64,000 nucleotides of DNA from Lama glama (GCA_028534125.1 CM052816.1:84074001-84138000), one strand, 5' to 3'; counted from the stretch's first letter, positions 25,397-39,435 are shown. Program-made: numbers and translations. The notes: a model not told the origin generated them from the sequence alone.

Positions 25397-27154
25397 TGAC
25401 TTTTTACATCTACTAGTGTTGATTTGATCTAGGTGCAAAATGACAGTCTCGTGGGAAAAGAAAAAAAAACTTTATTAACTTCACTTTAAAATATGAAAAG
25501 GACTATATGCTCTGCTGTTTATCAAAAAATAACCCCACCCATCATCTGCAACACCACTTCAGTCCTCAGCTGTGTTTATGTGCTACAGGCGAACTTAAGT
25601 ATAGAAACAAAATTTAGTTGGCCTATTAAATCACTATTATTTGATCATAATAAAAATGTGTTTGCTAAGGTCCAGAAACTTATTTTTTGTGTCTCATGCA
25701 GCATATAGAAGACATTGACACAGCAGAATTAAAAAACAACTCGTCTTCTTTAGTGAAATAAAAAGAACACTTTCAATTGTACTCCTTGTTGCTTTGGAGT
25801 AGTTTTCAGGTCCCTTCCGTGACAGCTATCATACTTATAGTCGAGCTGTTAAGGACAAAATAAATTCACAGTTGAGGACAACAGATCTTAATTGAAATGG
25901 AAATTTCACTGTTCTGCCCTCTAGAATGTGTTTATTTTCAGCACATGTAATTGTCTCCTGTATTGTTAAACCTACAACTGCTGTATTTTCCTTCTGAAAA
26001 AATAGCCAAAGACAATCAGCAAAACATTTTCTGCAAAATAAAGTTGATATGCTTAACAAAAAAAGAAACAGTGACAAAAACGAAGTGCAGGAAAGGTTTA
26101 GTGAGAGGATTCAGTATTAGAAACTAGTGACAGACAAAATCCACTAAAATTTGCAAAAGTTACATAGCTCAGCCCTCACTGTAGAAAAAATACATATTTA
26201 AGGATATAAAGTACTATTATATTGACTCCTGATTTTTAATGACAATAAAATTATGGTTTATTTAGCTCCCAAATCTGAATTTCTTTATGTCTCTACTAAA
26301 AGGAGACTTTTCTTCTCTACTTCCTCAGTCAGTGTATTTCTATAAGCTTTGTAATATATTTTATTATCTTGTCTATTTTTCTTCCCCTCCTATTACCTTT
26401 CTTTTGTAAATCTGTGTCCTTTTAGTATTGAATATCATTTTACTGATATTTCTGAAGAAGGAAAAATAAACTTGTTTGAATCATCATTTTGAGTAAACAT
26501 ATCTTTATAGTTTTACCATACCTAAATCTATCAATACAATTGCAGCAGAACAAAGAGAAGAATATGGGGATGAATAACAAAAATACTTCATATTTAGGGA
26601 CTGCTTATAAAAGAAAATTGACCAATAGGAGCAATCAGAAAGAGAAAATTTAGAGTTTTTACTGGCATTGAAATCAAGAGAAGAGAGAGAATCAACAGTA
26701 AAATACGTTAAGAAGGGGAGAATGGTGAGTTGGTTAGTGTCTTCATGTATTATCCTGGCAAGAAGGTATTATTTTAAAACAACAGTTTAAGTTAGGCTAC
26801 ATGTTATGTCCCCTTGAGAAATATGTTCCTCTCCATGCAGTTCAAGGAGCAGAATTAGCTGGAGAAACAAGAAGCTCATTCTGGGAGAACTGGACAGTGA
26901 GTCCCCTGGGGCCAGCATCTCTCCTTACTTTGCTCAGCTCTTCTCGTGGGAAGTGCAGCTTTATTTCATGATAAGCATGTCTATTTATCTGCTTATTCCA
27001 AAGTGACAAACTTTCAAGTTTGAACTATAAAAAGAAAGTAAGTAGGGGTGGGTTTTTCCAATGAAAATCCGACTGACATTATTGGCCCAGAAGTCGCCTG
27101 GCTTTGCCGTACATCCCTTTCTGTGGTCGTGAGGGTAGGAAGAGCTATGCATCG

Positions 27155-27955
27155 TTTTTGTTTTTTTGTTCTGTTTTTTTGTTTGTTTGTTTTTGTGACA
27201 AAATACATATAACACCTAATTTACTATTTAACCACCTTTAACTGTACAGTTCAGTGGCATTAACTACATTCACATTGTTGTGCAACCATCACCACCATCC
27301 ATTTACAGGACTTTTTCATCTTCCCCAGTTGAAATTCAGTACCCTTTAGAAGATAACTCAGCACTCCCCTTCCCCGCTTCCTTAGACAAGCCCACCCCAC
27401 TCTCTGCCTCTATGAATTTGACCACTCTAGGTACTTCATGTAAGTGGGATCATGCAATACTTATCTTTTTGTAACTGGCTTATTTCACTTAGCATAATGC
27501 CTTCAAGATTCATCCACACGGCAGCATGAGTCAGAATTATATTCTTTTTAAGACAATAATATTCCACTGTATGTGGGTTTTGTTTATTCATTTATCTATG
27601 GATGGGCTCATGGGTTTATTCCACCTTCTGGCTATTATGAATAATCCTGCTAGAACATGGGTGTCCTGATATTTTTTGAATCCCTGCTTTCAGTTCTTTG
27701 GGGTATGTGCTCAGATGGGAAATTGCTGGAACATGCAGTAATTCTATGTTTAATGTTTTGAGGAACAGATATACAATTTTCCATAGCAGCTGCACCATTT
27801 TACATTCCCACTAGCAGTGCACCAGGGTTAAAATTCCTACAAACCGTCACCAAAACTTGTCATTTTCTATTTGTTTCTGACTTTTGTTTGCTTTTATTTT
27901 TGATTGTAGTTGTCCTAAAGGGTATGAAATGGTGTTTCACTGTGGTTTGAGTTAG
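27155..27955 (-). mobile_element. L1MB-like 3' end (ORF2 C-terminus + 3'UTR + decayed A-tail)
   Basis: A (TTTG)-type tail at 27155-27195, then 'gtacagttcagtggcattaactacattcacattgttgtgcaaccatcaccacc'. The minus ORF 27616-27798 resembles the L1 ORF2 end (LNIELLHVPAISHLSTYPKELK). Confidence 0.9.
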
Positions 27956-30479
27956 CCTCTTTTTCTTTGGCAGTCCCTTCTCTATGTTAAGTTTTCATTT
28001 CTTCAATAAAGCCTATTTCATAACCCCTGCTACGTAATGTTGAAAAACTTGTCCCAAAGTTTTACATAACAAATAGCAACCAAATAGATAGAGAGCTGCA
28101 TTATAACAGGTAGAGACATAGAAAGACCCGCTTTTCACAGAATGGCAATGACAAAGGGACCTACCTAGAGGTCACATCAGAATTATTAAGTAAGAAAGTG
28201 ACAGATGTTTTCTGACTTTTAAAAATCAACTTTTATATAATTAAACTGATAAATAAATGCATTGGTAATATGCAGGCTACATATCCATGCGTAGATGTGT
28301 GTATGTATATAGACGTAATTTTGTATATATATATACATATATATAACTTTTTTGAGACAGAGAGAGAGAGAGGAAGCCTAATATTTTCCTTCTAAGTAGC
28401 AACAAAATTTTGGTCTTGGTTCAATAAAAATTTTCATTAAATATGTATCACTTAGCTGGACTAATTAATAGTCTGATGCTTCTTATAATCATATTGCTAT
28501 ATTAATTCATCTATAACATAACATTTTGAATAGTCATAACATAAAAGAAATAAGTTTGAGCATTACTTTTAAATCAAGCAGTAGTCATTTTCTTAAGAAT
28601 ATTGAAATTTGGAAATATGAAAAGCATACCTGCCTTGGTTCTACTATTATTCACTCATCATTTTTGCCTCTACACTACTTCTATAGAACACTCCAGAGTA
28701 TCACTGAATATGGAAGGGAGTTAATCTCCTTGGCATTTAGAAACATCCAAGTGACCTTTTTTCGGTCTTTAAAATATGTTTCTTATAACATAGGCTGTTT
28801 CACTTTTCTGTGGAGAGCTCAACTATGTTTTAAAGTGCATGTAAAGAATGTTAGCTTTCTTTTGTGTGTACTAGTTACTTCTACTTACAAAGTTACTTCT
28901 ACTCACAGTTATTTGCTAAAAATTGCTCCAGGTTGTTTATGTCAGCTCTGTTTACATGAGTCTTCCTTCTTTTGACTTTGAAATAGATCTTGCAATGTTC
29001 GTATCCTTCCCTGTAGTGCTTGAGATAAACAATCACCTTTTTTATATAGTTGCCACTCATGTTAAGGATAGTCAAAGGATATGTGAACAGTTAGCATCAA
29101 CTTTTTATCTTATCTATGTTTTGTTCCTACAGAGGTCTAAAATAATGTTCTAAAATGCCCTACAACAATTGCCTTCAAAGTTGTTGATTATTAGCAAAAT
29201 ATGAACTTAATCATTTATATAAATTGAAGGATGATAAAGATTTGTCTTGCCTTGAAATGATGTGATATTCCTTTTGACAGCGGTCTTAACAACATAACCA
29301 TTTATATATGATTCACTTGGGAAATTATACCAAGTGATTAAGAATCATTCTTATTGACACATCAGTATGATTTTGGGAAATATATTCAAAAACTTTAATT
29401 ATGAATATGTTAGAGAAGTAAAATTTCAGAAAAGTTATTTGAAACCCACTACAGTCATCATTGATCTTTATCTACTGAAGATTCAAAAGTATACAGTACA
29501 TAGAAAGTATATAGTATACAGAAACTCAAAGTTTCCTATTTAGGGTAGCTTGGTTAGTAAAATATTTATCTGAAACAATATTTGAAGTATTTAGAACCAG
29601 TTTTATTTTTCTTTTGTGAGGGACATTTGTGGACATTTTTATTTAATCCTCTTAAGGCTGATATTTCAGCAGAAATTCAGCATTTTAAGTCTAATCAAAA
29701 TTTTCAAACTGGTCAAAGACACACAAAAACACACATTCATGGAATTGTAAGTTGTGAACATTTATTTAAAATTGCTAATGAAACATTTATTGATTTAACT
29801 TAAAGAACTTTATGAGTGTTTTGATCTTGTTTTATTGCTTTAGGCCTAACCTTTGAAAGTCAATGTTCTAATCATTCTTATGGAAAATTAAATGCTATAA
29901 CAAATTTTTACTTTTCTGTCCACTATTTCCAAACTCTAGTCTTTTTTTAAATTACTATGCACCTATAAATATTTATTTTGGAAAATATTGAGCAAACTTC
30001 TTTTGTCCAGAATGAAAAACTTTAAAAGTTGAAGACGGATTACACAAAAGAACACATGCTTTTCTTTTCAAAGGAGCGTGGTTTGAAGAGCTTATAATGA
30101 CTTAGCAAAGGTTTTCTGAAGATCAAATGCATCTTAAATGTGCCTTCTTTTGAGTGGTAATTTCTAAGTTAATTGGAAGCATGCAAAGTGGTTCTAAATT
30201 AATGGTAAAAAAATCAACTGCCAATTTTTTAAACTGGCCCTTTAAGTTTTATATTAATAAATCACAGTTAATGATATACATTAAATTTTTCTGATTAAGT
30301 ATCCAGATTAAGTTCATCCAAAGAAGAAATAATGCATTTCTACATTAACTTGTGATCATTGGAGCAATGACTGTATCAAACTAAATAATGATACTTTGAC
30401 AGTGTTAAGGTGCAAATGTATGCGAAAGTAACATTTTGCCAAAGAAGGGAAGATGTACATTTGTACTAGCCCTGATTTA

Positions 30480-30825
30480 AAGCTTTCGTACAGGATTATT
30501 TTTTTGTCTGGAAATGGTTTTCCCCACATATTGCCTGGCTTACTCCTTCAGTTTCACTCCTCACAGAGACCATATCTGACCACTCCACATCAGTCACCCC
30601 AATGGACTCTGAAAACTATTGATCTGTTAGGTTTTTTCACAACATGAATTTTTAATTAGCTATACTTTCATTCATATAGTCTCTGTATTGTTTATGGATT
30701 GCCTCCCCTGCTACTGCCAGAATCCTTTGGGTCTAAGAACTTTAGTTTGTCTTATTATTGATCTATCCCAAGGACCTAGAGCCATTTTGGAAATTAGTCG
30801 GAGCCCAATATATATGTGTCCAAAA
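30480..30825 (+). mobile_element. L2 3' end fragment
   Basis: 'cctggcttactccttc...ttgtcttatt...tatccccaaggacctagagcca...cccaatatatatgtgt' resembles the L2a terminus. Confidence 0.55.
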
Positions 30826-31789
30826 AAAAAAAATTCAACAATCTAAGAGAAATTTCAGGAAATCTTCTCTTGTCACAATCACATAAAAATATGTAATGTC
30901 TTTAAAACAGCAATAACTAATTCGATGGGAAGAACAGGCTGAAATGAAGAGATAATAGTGAGTCAAAAATGAGTGAGATTAAAAAAATACTGCTAAGAAA
31001 GTAAAAATGCAACCTAAAAATTACAGCCACACTAGAGGCCCTAAGACAATAAGAAACATTAATATGATTATACATGTCACAGAAATAACCTTTTTTGAGT
31101 AAGTTACTGGATCAGAAAACAAAGCATAAAGTCTGAGTTTTAAAGATGAAAGACCTACAAATATAGCCAGTTGAAACCAAAATACCCCAAATTTTGACAA
31201 AAATGTTAAAAAAGATAACTACATACAAGAAAAATATTTAAAAAGTGATGAAGAATAAATGTCAATTGATACTTACAAACTTACTTTACAAACAATACTA
31301 GTCTAAAATAGGAATATGATTAGTCTGAAACCATTGAGTATCAGAAAATAATGATGAGGAGTACAAAGAGAAGTTAATAAAAATTCAGTGATAGTGCAAG
31401 AAGAAAAAAATTAAGTTCAATGAAACAAGAAAGTAATAGAAAAGGAAACAGAAGTAATTGAATTACTGAAATGTAGGCTGTTCTTTCTACATAACTATGT
31501 TCTCAATCTATTCACCTTTTGTCTCCATATTTGCAGCATACTTTGGACATTTTAAAATAAACTCCAGCACAATTTGAAAATGTATAAATAGTAAGTGTTT
31601 ATATCACATTTCCTTAAATCAGTGTTATAAAATTAGTAATTAATAGCAAAATTCGATAAAATAGTATAAAGGTAAAAAAACACATTTCTGAATGTTTGTG
31701 TAAATAAGAAAATAAAAGCTGAGTTTTTAAATTTCTTATAAATACCAAAATCAGTTTTATACCTCAAAACTCAAGTATAAGGACAGTTC

Positions 31790-32300
31790 AGAAAACCATT
31801 TGCAATATTTACAAAAGCTGAAGATACACGTTTCCAGAGATCAATTCCACTTCATATATATATATATATACACACATATACACCTAAACCCCAAAATAGT
31901 GCATTCATGAGTTCACTAAATTAAGATATGCACTAGAATATTCATTATAGCATTATTTTGAGCCCAAACTGGAAATTACCCCCATAAGTGTCGTCACAGG
32001 AGAAGCCATAAAAAAACTGAGGAATATTCACATAATGAGAATCAATGATCTATAATGTATATAATGCATAATTTATTAATATTAAGTACATAAAAAGACA
32101 ACACTAATCTTTGGTTTAGAAGTCAGGGGAGTAGTTAGTTGGAACAGTGATTGAGATGAGAATGTTCTAGGTTAATGGTATTCTGTTTTTGATCTAAGTC
32201 CGACTAAGCAGGTATCTTCTGACTGTGAAATCAACCCACTGAGCTGAACTCTTGATAATGGTATTAGTCTCTACTGATACTACACTCAACAAAAATTGAA
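31790..32300 (+). mobile_element. Old L1 (L1MC/ME-like) 3' fragment
   Basis: 'ctagaatattcattatagcattattt...gcccaaactggaaattaccc' and 'ttagaagtcaggggagtagtt' are L1M 3' motifs. Confidence 0.65.
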
Positions 32301-32557
32301 AACTACATAGAAATTAAAAATAGCATTTCCATGTATTGCTTTTTAAAATTCATTAAAATAAGCAGAAAAACGTTCTAATCATGTCATGCTTTGCAAAACA
32401 AAATAAAAGGAAAAAAAAACCCTAAATTTCAAAGACTTTTAAGATTCAAGAAAACAAAATTACAGAGACAAGCATCAGAAAATCAGTAAGAAAAAATAAA
32501 TAAGTGATAAATGTAAAATAAATTACTTAAACACCAGGAAAATAGTGTTATTTATAC

Positions 32558-33312
32558 TGGTTCGGTGGGCTCTGTGGCAACGAATTCTTCTGTGAAATGG
32601 ATGAAGACTAAATCCAGGACAAATTTAATCTCACTGAACTCAATGAGCAGATGCCTCATGATGGGCAAGCTCTAGACATGATCTTAGACCTGAAGTCTGA
32701 TGAAGAGCTGGAAGACAAGCCCAACCAGAGCGACCTGATTAAGCAGTGAGCTAAGATGCTGTATGAGTTGACCCAGAACCCCTACCTCCTCACCAACCAT
32801 GGCAGCACCCAGATGTTGGAAAATAACCAGCAGGGAGGCTTTGGCTGTTGCCCTGTGTGCACGGTGAGAACAAGCAATGCTTCCTACTGGCCTTTCTGAC
32901 ATCCCAGTTGAGGCCATAGTGAAGCTCTACTGCCCCAAGGGCATGGACGTGTCCACAGCCAAGGCACCACGGAGGCAGCACCACACGGAAGGCTCCTGAT
33001 TGGGCACTGGTTTCCCTCACATGCTCTTCATGGCGCACTCCGAATGCCAGCCCAAATGGCCTTCCAACCAGTTTATACTCAAACTCTACAGTTTCAAGAT
33101 TCATCCAATGGTCTACTAGTTCAAGCTGCCTGCAGCTTCAGGAGCCAGTCAAGACGTTTCACTGATTCCCACCCTGACGTGTCCCTCAGTCTTTGACAGC
33201 TCCAATCCTCCCTGCCACCCTTTAAGAAACCCTCTATGTTTATTGTTTTAAATTAAAAGAGTCATTATTGTGGTCGGAGTATGGAATAAAGTGGGAAAAA
33301 AGCAAAAAAAAA
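32558..33312 (+). pseudogene. CSNK2B: Processed pseudogene of casein kinase II subunit beta, 5'-truncated and disabled
   Basis: From 32558 it translates as [67 protein letters not shown]...[21 protein letters not shown]...[12 protein letters not shown]...[13 protein letters not shown]. This is colinear with CK2beta ([32 protein letters not shown]...). It is intronless, has stops at 32609 and 32747 plus frameshifts, a native stop at 33163-33165, AATAAA at 33285-33290 and an A-tail at 33296-33312. Confidence 0.97.
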
Positions 33313-33937
33313 GCATTTATTAAAAATGTATATAAATTATAGTCAAATCTCTCTTTAAAGGGAAAGACTTGATGGCTCCTGATATAGAAATTGTGAAATG
33401 ATACTGCTTTTAATAATTCTATGCTAATTTATTTAATTATTAAATGAAATTGATTATTTTATTAATATACATCAGCGATATTGATTAATGCAGAAGAATA
33501 CTGAACAGTGCCATAATAATAAAGAATATAGTTTTTTTAAATCTACAAAAACTACCATGTTGAAAAGGTATAGGAATCACATGATTTTAGGGAGGAATTT
33601 TTCATATATCTAAAATCAATTAATTCTCAGTATTTAAACTGTTCTGAGATGTAGGTTGAAATAGACTGCTGTGTCAAACCACAGACTGAATAGCATTTTT
33701 TCCAAAAAGCAAATCTCAAACTTCATTAGTAAGTAGCAATTAAATCTTAAGAAAAATATATTTGTATACCTTATAAAATTAATCCAATGTTTAATGAAAT
33801 TTAAAGAAAGTATCAATAGCAATACCCATATCTAAAATATGACAACATACTTCAATCCACATGTATTTGAAAATATTCTGGAAATTAATTGAACATATTT
33901 ACTCCTGTAAATATGAAAAGAAGCTTAAATCAAGATA

Positions 33938-34012
33938 TTTGACCTCTCCAATCCTCCAATGCCACCATTTAAGAAATCCTCTACATTTTATAATTTTAAC
34001 TTAAAAGGTCAT
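33938..34012 (+). repeat. Diverged second copy of the CSNK2B-pseudogene 3'UTR segment
   Basis: 'tttgacctctccaatcctccaatgccaccatttaagaaatcctctac...ttaaaaggtcat' aligns with 33192-33265 'tttgacagctccaatcctccctgccaccctttaagaaaccctctat...ttaaaagagtcat'. Confidence 0.85.
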
Positions 34013-35539
34013 ACTATACTATACAACCTTTTATTTTTGCCTTGGAACAGAGAGTCAAGTTAAAAAATAATGAATAATCCAATTAAATCAGAGTGTATGG
34101 GAAATCTGTGTACATCAGTAGGGAGACACTGGATAATACATTAAATTGAGAATTAGTTATGTCAACTGGGTTGATAAAACATGACATCTCTTAGTTGGAG
34201 AACCAAAATCCCAATCCCATCTCAGTGGAAACCATCAAGGTGCCGATCTGGAGAGTGTTTTTAGTTATCAAAATCTGGCTTGGCTAATTCACTGACTAAT
34301 GAATTCACTACAGTTCTACGTCAGTAACAACAAATATAGACACTGTAATATCCATGTTCTTCACAGTATATTGTTTGCTAAGCACTGCATGTTGCTCTAG
34401 TTTTTCTAATAAGTGTTAGTTTTTGCTAACTAGATCTTTCTACACCTATCTGTCCTTGAGGTGCTTGGATTTATCCTGTATGCTTGGATTTATCCTACGT
34501 TGAAAACCATGGTTAGCCACTTCAGGGTTAGATATCATGAAGTATTTACATAATCCACAATGGAGACTTTGTAACAAGGTACAGGAGTCCGGAGTAGCAG
34601 TTTATAAACGTATAGGTGTAAATGGGGCAACAAAATAATAAAACGAAAATTCAAACAACCCCTTTCAAATAAATAAGCACATTTGTTGAAACATTGAATC
34701 GCAGAGGCAAGGAGAGAGATGAGTAAGAACAAGAAGCAGAAAGCTGTGGTGTCTTGGAACGCCATGTACATGTCAAGTGCCCAGTTCTTTCATGTAGTCT
34801 TGATTTCAACTGTATTTAAAGCATGGATCATAAATCATAAAGGTTTTTTAATTTGACACCCTTGGAGGAAGAAAGTGACAAGTGTGATTTTCAGATTGCA
34901 AAGTGTAGTTCGTTATTACACTTTGATGTGAAGATCAAGAACAAAGTTGGAGAATATTTATATACCACTTATCCTAATGACACACAGAATAAGAAGTTTT
35001 AGCCATAGCTCATCAGTCTGAAATTTAATATCTCTTGTTTACTGAAAAAGGCAAAAAGCAAAACTGTGACAATCATATGTTTTTCAGTTATGTCTCGGGT
35101 GAGCTATATTGAGCATGGTATTTGTAATACCCATTGAATGCTGCTGCTGTTCAAATGGGTATTGCAACATACTTTCTCGTTCACCAAAATTTATAATCTA
35201 TGTTAGAAACAGAAAATTTAATTTACCAACTTTCTCTAATTATCTATACATATATCCCAGTTACCAAGTTTTAATTAATGTGAACATTACATACACTTAT
35301 ATAAATCATCTTGAATTATGAAAAACATTTCAAACTATCTTTCTAGTATATTGGGAAGGTAAAATTAAAATTTAATTTAGAGTAGATTCACTTAACGACA
35401 TTTTTCCTGAAGATTTTGTAAAAAATAGTATTTATTGTTACCTCTACCCTTAGAGGGATTGACTGAGTCTCTTAGTATCAAATGACATAGGTAAAATCTG
35501 AGATAACTTGTTTCTTAATCACATGGGTTATGAAGTATA

Positions 35540-35745
35540 TACATCCTTGCTTCAAATCCTTATTCTGATGCTTTCTTGTTTCACAGTCATGGGAAAAGAT
35601 ACCTAACCTGTATTAGACTCAATTTATTAATCTGTGAAGTTGACATACATAGAATTCCTCAGAGATTAGTTGAAGAGATTAAATAGCATAAGCCACATAA
35701 AGCATACTATAGCACAGAGAAAATGATTCAAATGTGTCCATCATT
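35540..35745 (+). mobile_element. MIR SINE (degraded)
   Basis: 'ttcaaatcc...cctaacctg...ctcaatttattaatctgtgaagt...gagattaaatag...aaagca...agcacag'. Confidence 0.55.
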
Positions 35746-37969
35746 ATTGGTATTAATTTCACGGTTACTAAATGTATTGGAAATTCCATGCAAACAATCT
35801 CTTTACAGTGTTCCTCACTTTAGAGGTATTATGAGAGCTATGTTCACTAGAGATAGGAACACAGTGTACTTCATTCAAATATATATTTGATCCTTTTTCT
35901 ATTTAACATTCCCTGATGGACATGACATTTTCCAAAGGGAGCCAACCCTCTTTGGCTGCATTTCGTAAACAGATTTTAATCTCAGTACCTGATAGGACAG
36001 CACAGCTCATCTCCAGCACATCAAGTATTTGTCACTCTACTCAGTGGACCCTATTTTCTCTGGACTGTAAATCAGTAGCCGTATCTCCATTTCCAGGGAT
36101 ATTTATTTATTTCTGTAGTTTTTGTATCACCAAATAATCCTAAGTGTAGATGGATTAGTTCCTTGATTTTTTTATCTCACAGGCACATCTTATTGATTGA
36201 ACAGTTCCAGAAACCTAGATTTGTACCTTTATGTCCGATCCCCACTGAGGAACAGTGAGAGCAGTGGCCTATTTGCCATTTTTCTCAAAAGCCCAATTAC
36301 TTCCGATGATTTTCCCCACTATTTTTTGAAACCTCTGTGACCGAATCTTAGAGTTGAATTTGGTTCTTTTTTTGACATGTTCTCACTATATCCATAGAAG
36401 GAAACTTAACTACCTTCACGATCTGTAAAACTACCTCAAACAGTAAGCCTTACAGCTGGCTGTATGCCGCGCCCCACAGTTGTGGCTATTTCCTTGGGAC
36501 CGGCAGGAATCTCCTCCTTCTGCCTCGTCAGGAGGTGAAGTCGTATATTTGTGCTTGAGTTTGCTCAGTTTCTCCACACTAAGTTTGGGAAGTCTGTTGT
36601 GATTATTTTACAACCCTGACTTTCAATTGTGAGCATGACTAAACTTATTGCAACCAAAGCTATTAAGGATCCAGGAATAAATCATCACCTTTCTGTTCTC
36701 AGAAGGACAAATAGTGCCAGTCTGGAAAGGAAAATTGTTTTTAGTAGGCCTATTCAATTTTTCTGAAAGGACGCAATTAAAATGTAGACCACGGACATGT
36801 ATTGTGCAAATTATACTGCATTGGCTAAGGAAACAAAAACACAGGTAAATAAAAGTAAAACTTCCCTCAGAATTTCACAATTCACTAAATAGCACTATAA
36901 GATGTCTTTGTAAAAGAAGATAACAGGTCTGTTGTTGCTTTCAAAACAGTTCTAGGAGGGTAAATGTCTTGAACTGTCACCCAGTGTGGCATCCATCTTA
37001 TCTATTAACGGTCTTGGGAAGGCCATTTTCAGAATGCAAAAGTTTAAAACTGAAATTCACTTCTTGGGGTTAGAGCTTTTAATGGACCTACTGTCACTGA
37101 TAAGGAAATGATGGAGAGCACAATGTTTCTGCAATCTCGTTAGCCGGGTGTTTCATGTGAAGCTGCATTTCCCAATCTCCAGAATACTACCTGGACGTCG
37201 AGCTCAGGGAGCAGGGAAGAGCAGGTCAACGTTCTATATTTAACTTTTATTCTTTTCAATACAGCATTAAAATTACAGTTGCCATGGCATTGTATTTTCC
37301 TGATTTCTTTAGTGGGCAATAAAGATACATCTTATATTATTTTAGCATAATATCATCCTTCAAAATGAAATCTATTTGGAAATGACATCTCAAGTCATCA
37401 GAGAACTTCCCTTAGTTCGTATAAAGTTGGCAACTACACTGTTTTCTTCATTAGAAAGAGACAAGATAATATATTTAATCATCAGTGTCACAGGGGCGTG
37501 CTTCGCAAGTGTTTGCTTAAAACTTTTAATGCTGTACAAGTGTGTTTGTTTAGAGAAAACCAAAATGAATTTGTTGACTCTTATTCCTAATACCCATGGA
37601 ATATGATTTTCTAGTGCTCATTTATATTAACTGTCAATGTGTGTAACTAGATCTCAAAATGCAGAAAAATCTGGATGTGAATACAAACTATGTCAATCAT
37701 GTAGAATTGGTTGACAGCTACCCAGATGTTTGGCACCATATAGCTTAACTGATGAAATTTCTCTATAAAAGGAATAGTTTTCCCTTGTTAATGTAGTCTT
37801 TTCTTTCCAATTTAATGGAGAAAGTCTATGGCTCAAGGCATTCAAAATACTTTTAATATCTATATTTTCAACTTAAATGCATTTAGATAGAAATATAGAA
37901 TAAAAGCCAGAAAAGCAAACAATCAAGACAAAAACAAACCTGTTTTAGTCTCAGCTGTGTCACAACCTT

Positions 37970-38072
37970 ATTTATTTTTTATTTATATTTTTCTGTCTTG
38001 TTTTCAACTGAAGTATAGTCAGTTTAGAATATTTCATCAATTTCTGTTGTGTAGCATAATGTTTAGGTCACA
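37970..38072 (-). mobile_element. Very short 3' tip of the same young L1 family, apparently inside a MIR remnant
   Basis: 'tgaagtatagtcagtttagaat...tcaatttctgttgtgtagcataatg' matches the 11710-11770 and 6670-6725 L1 terminus, with a T-rich tail on the left. Confidence 0.7.
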
Positions 38073-38637
38073 GGTAAATCATTCAGTCTCTCTTAGTTCC
38101 CATGTACCCATTTGTGTAACTAAATAATTATCAAAGATATTTATAATTTTATAGTAATTCAAAAAACAACAGAGAAAAGGTAATCTCAAACATAAACTAA
38201 ATACATGCAGCAGTGAATAACAATTTTGTTTTTCCCCAAGAAGATGACTGCTATAAATGTGTGATGTTTCAGTTGAGTGAAAAATAATCTGTCTTTTGAC
38301 ATCTACAGCAGTATTTCCATGTAAACCAGAAAAAATATAGTGACTTCAAAGGACATCAAAATAACTAAAATGTATGCAAGATTTTCTATTTTTCAGTTGT
38401 TTTACTGATAGCTTTCAATGTTTCCTTACAAAATTCTTACAATAAGCTTATGAGTTTGGTTCCATAATACCCATTATTTTCTGGGATGAGGAACCTGGGA
38501 TTCAGGAAGTTTGGGTAAGACATGGGGCATGAAATAGCTAGTAACACTAAGACCGGATTTAGAATTTGAGAGTCTGGCTATAAAGCTAATGTAATTTAGC
38601 CATGCTCACAGCCACAGTTATTTTTTTAAAAAAATTT

Positions 38638-38640
38638 ATG

Positions 38641-38722
<82 letters not shown>

Positions 38723-38727
38723 GAGAT
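38638..38727. repeat. Compound (TA)n(GA)n microsatellite
   Basis: Directly visible long dinucleotide run. Confidence 0.98.
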
Positions 38728-39204
38728 GGCATTCCTTTAGAGATTTGGAAGACATATTGAAAGAGACCATATATTTTAGATAGAAAATGTACCAAAAGCA
38801 ATCTCTTTTTGTTTCAAAAGAAACACTTGTACTACCATGACTTTTAAAAATGATCTTTTAAAAACTTCCTCCTTATCAAATGAAAAATAATTATTTGATT
38901 ATTGGAAAATATATGAACAATCATATTAGTTATATGATTAAAGTTGCTTGGTCTTCAACCAATGGCTTTTGGCAGGAAATACATTTTTCTCTTGATGCTC
39001 CCCCCAGGAAAAACTGACATGAGAAATAATTGTCACTTACAATATTTTTAAAGTGCCTTTAAATGTTTTGATTAAAATTGGGGATGGGGCAAAATCCAAG
39101 TTCAGATACATAATGCTCTTTTGTGTTCTTTTAATAAGAAGGAACTTCCCAACTTATTTTGTTCAGCTCACATGGACTTTTTTTTTTTTTGACATCAAAT
39201 TCAA

Positions 39205-39435
39205 AAATAGAGGGAGCTCATATTAAAATGTGAATTTCTGTCTTTCCACAAACACTGGAATATCTGCCAAACCTGGTTCTGAATTCCAATGTGGCAACCA
39301 TCCACATTGCTGGGTAGCAGCTGCCACCTCTAGGCAGGCCATGCACTTTGCAATGTTTCCAGCCACCCAGGGCCTGCTTCACTCATTTACATTTCGGATC
39401 TGGCATTAATAAAAAAAAAAAAAAGAATTTGAGTA
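39205..39435 (-). mobile_element. hAT-Charlie MITE, MER102-like
   Basis: 'gtggcaacca...gctgggtagcagctgccacctctaggcaggccatgcact...ggcctgcttcactcatttacat' matches reversed MER102. Confidence 0.75.

Noticed and set aside
32684..33104. Minus-strand ORFs over the CSNK2B pseudogene
   Set aside because: Antisense shadows of the decayed CSNK2B coding sequence.
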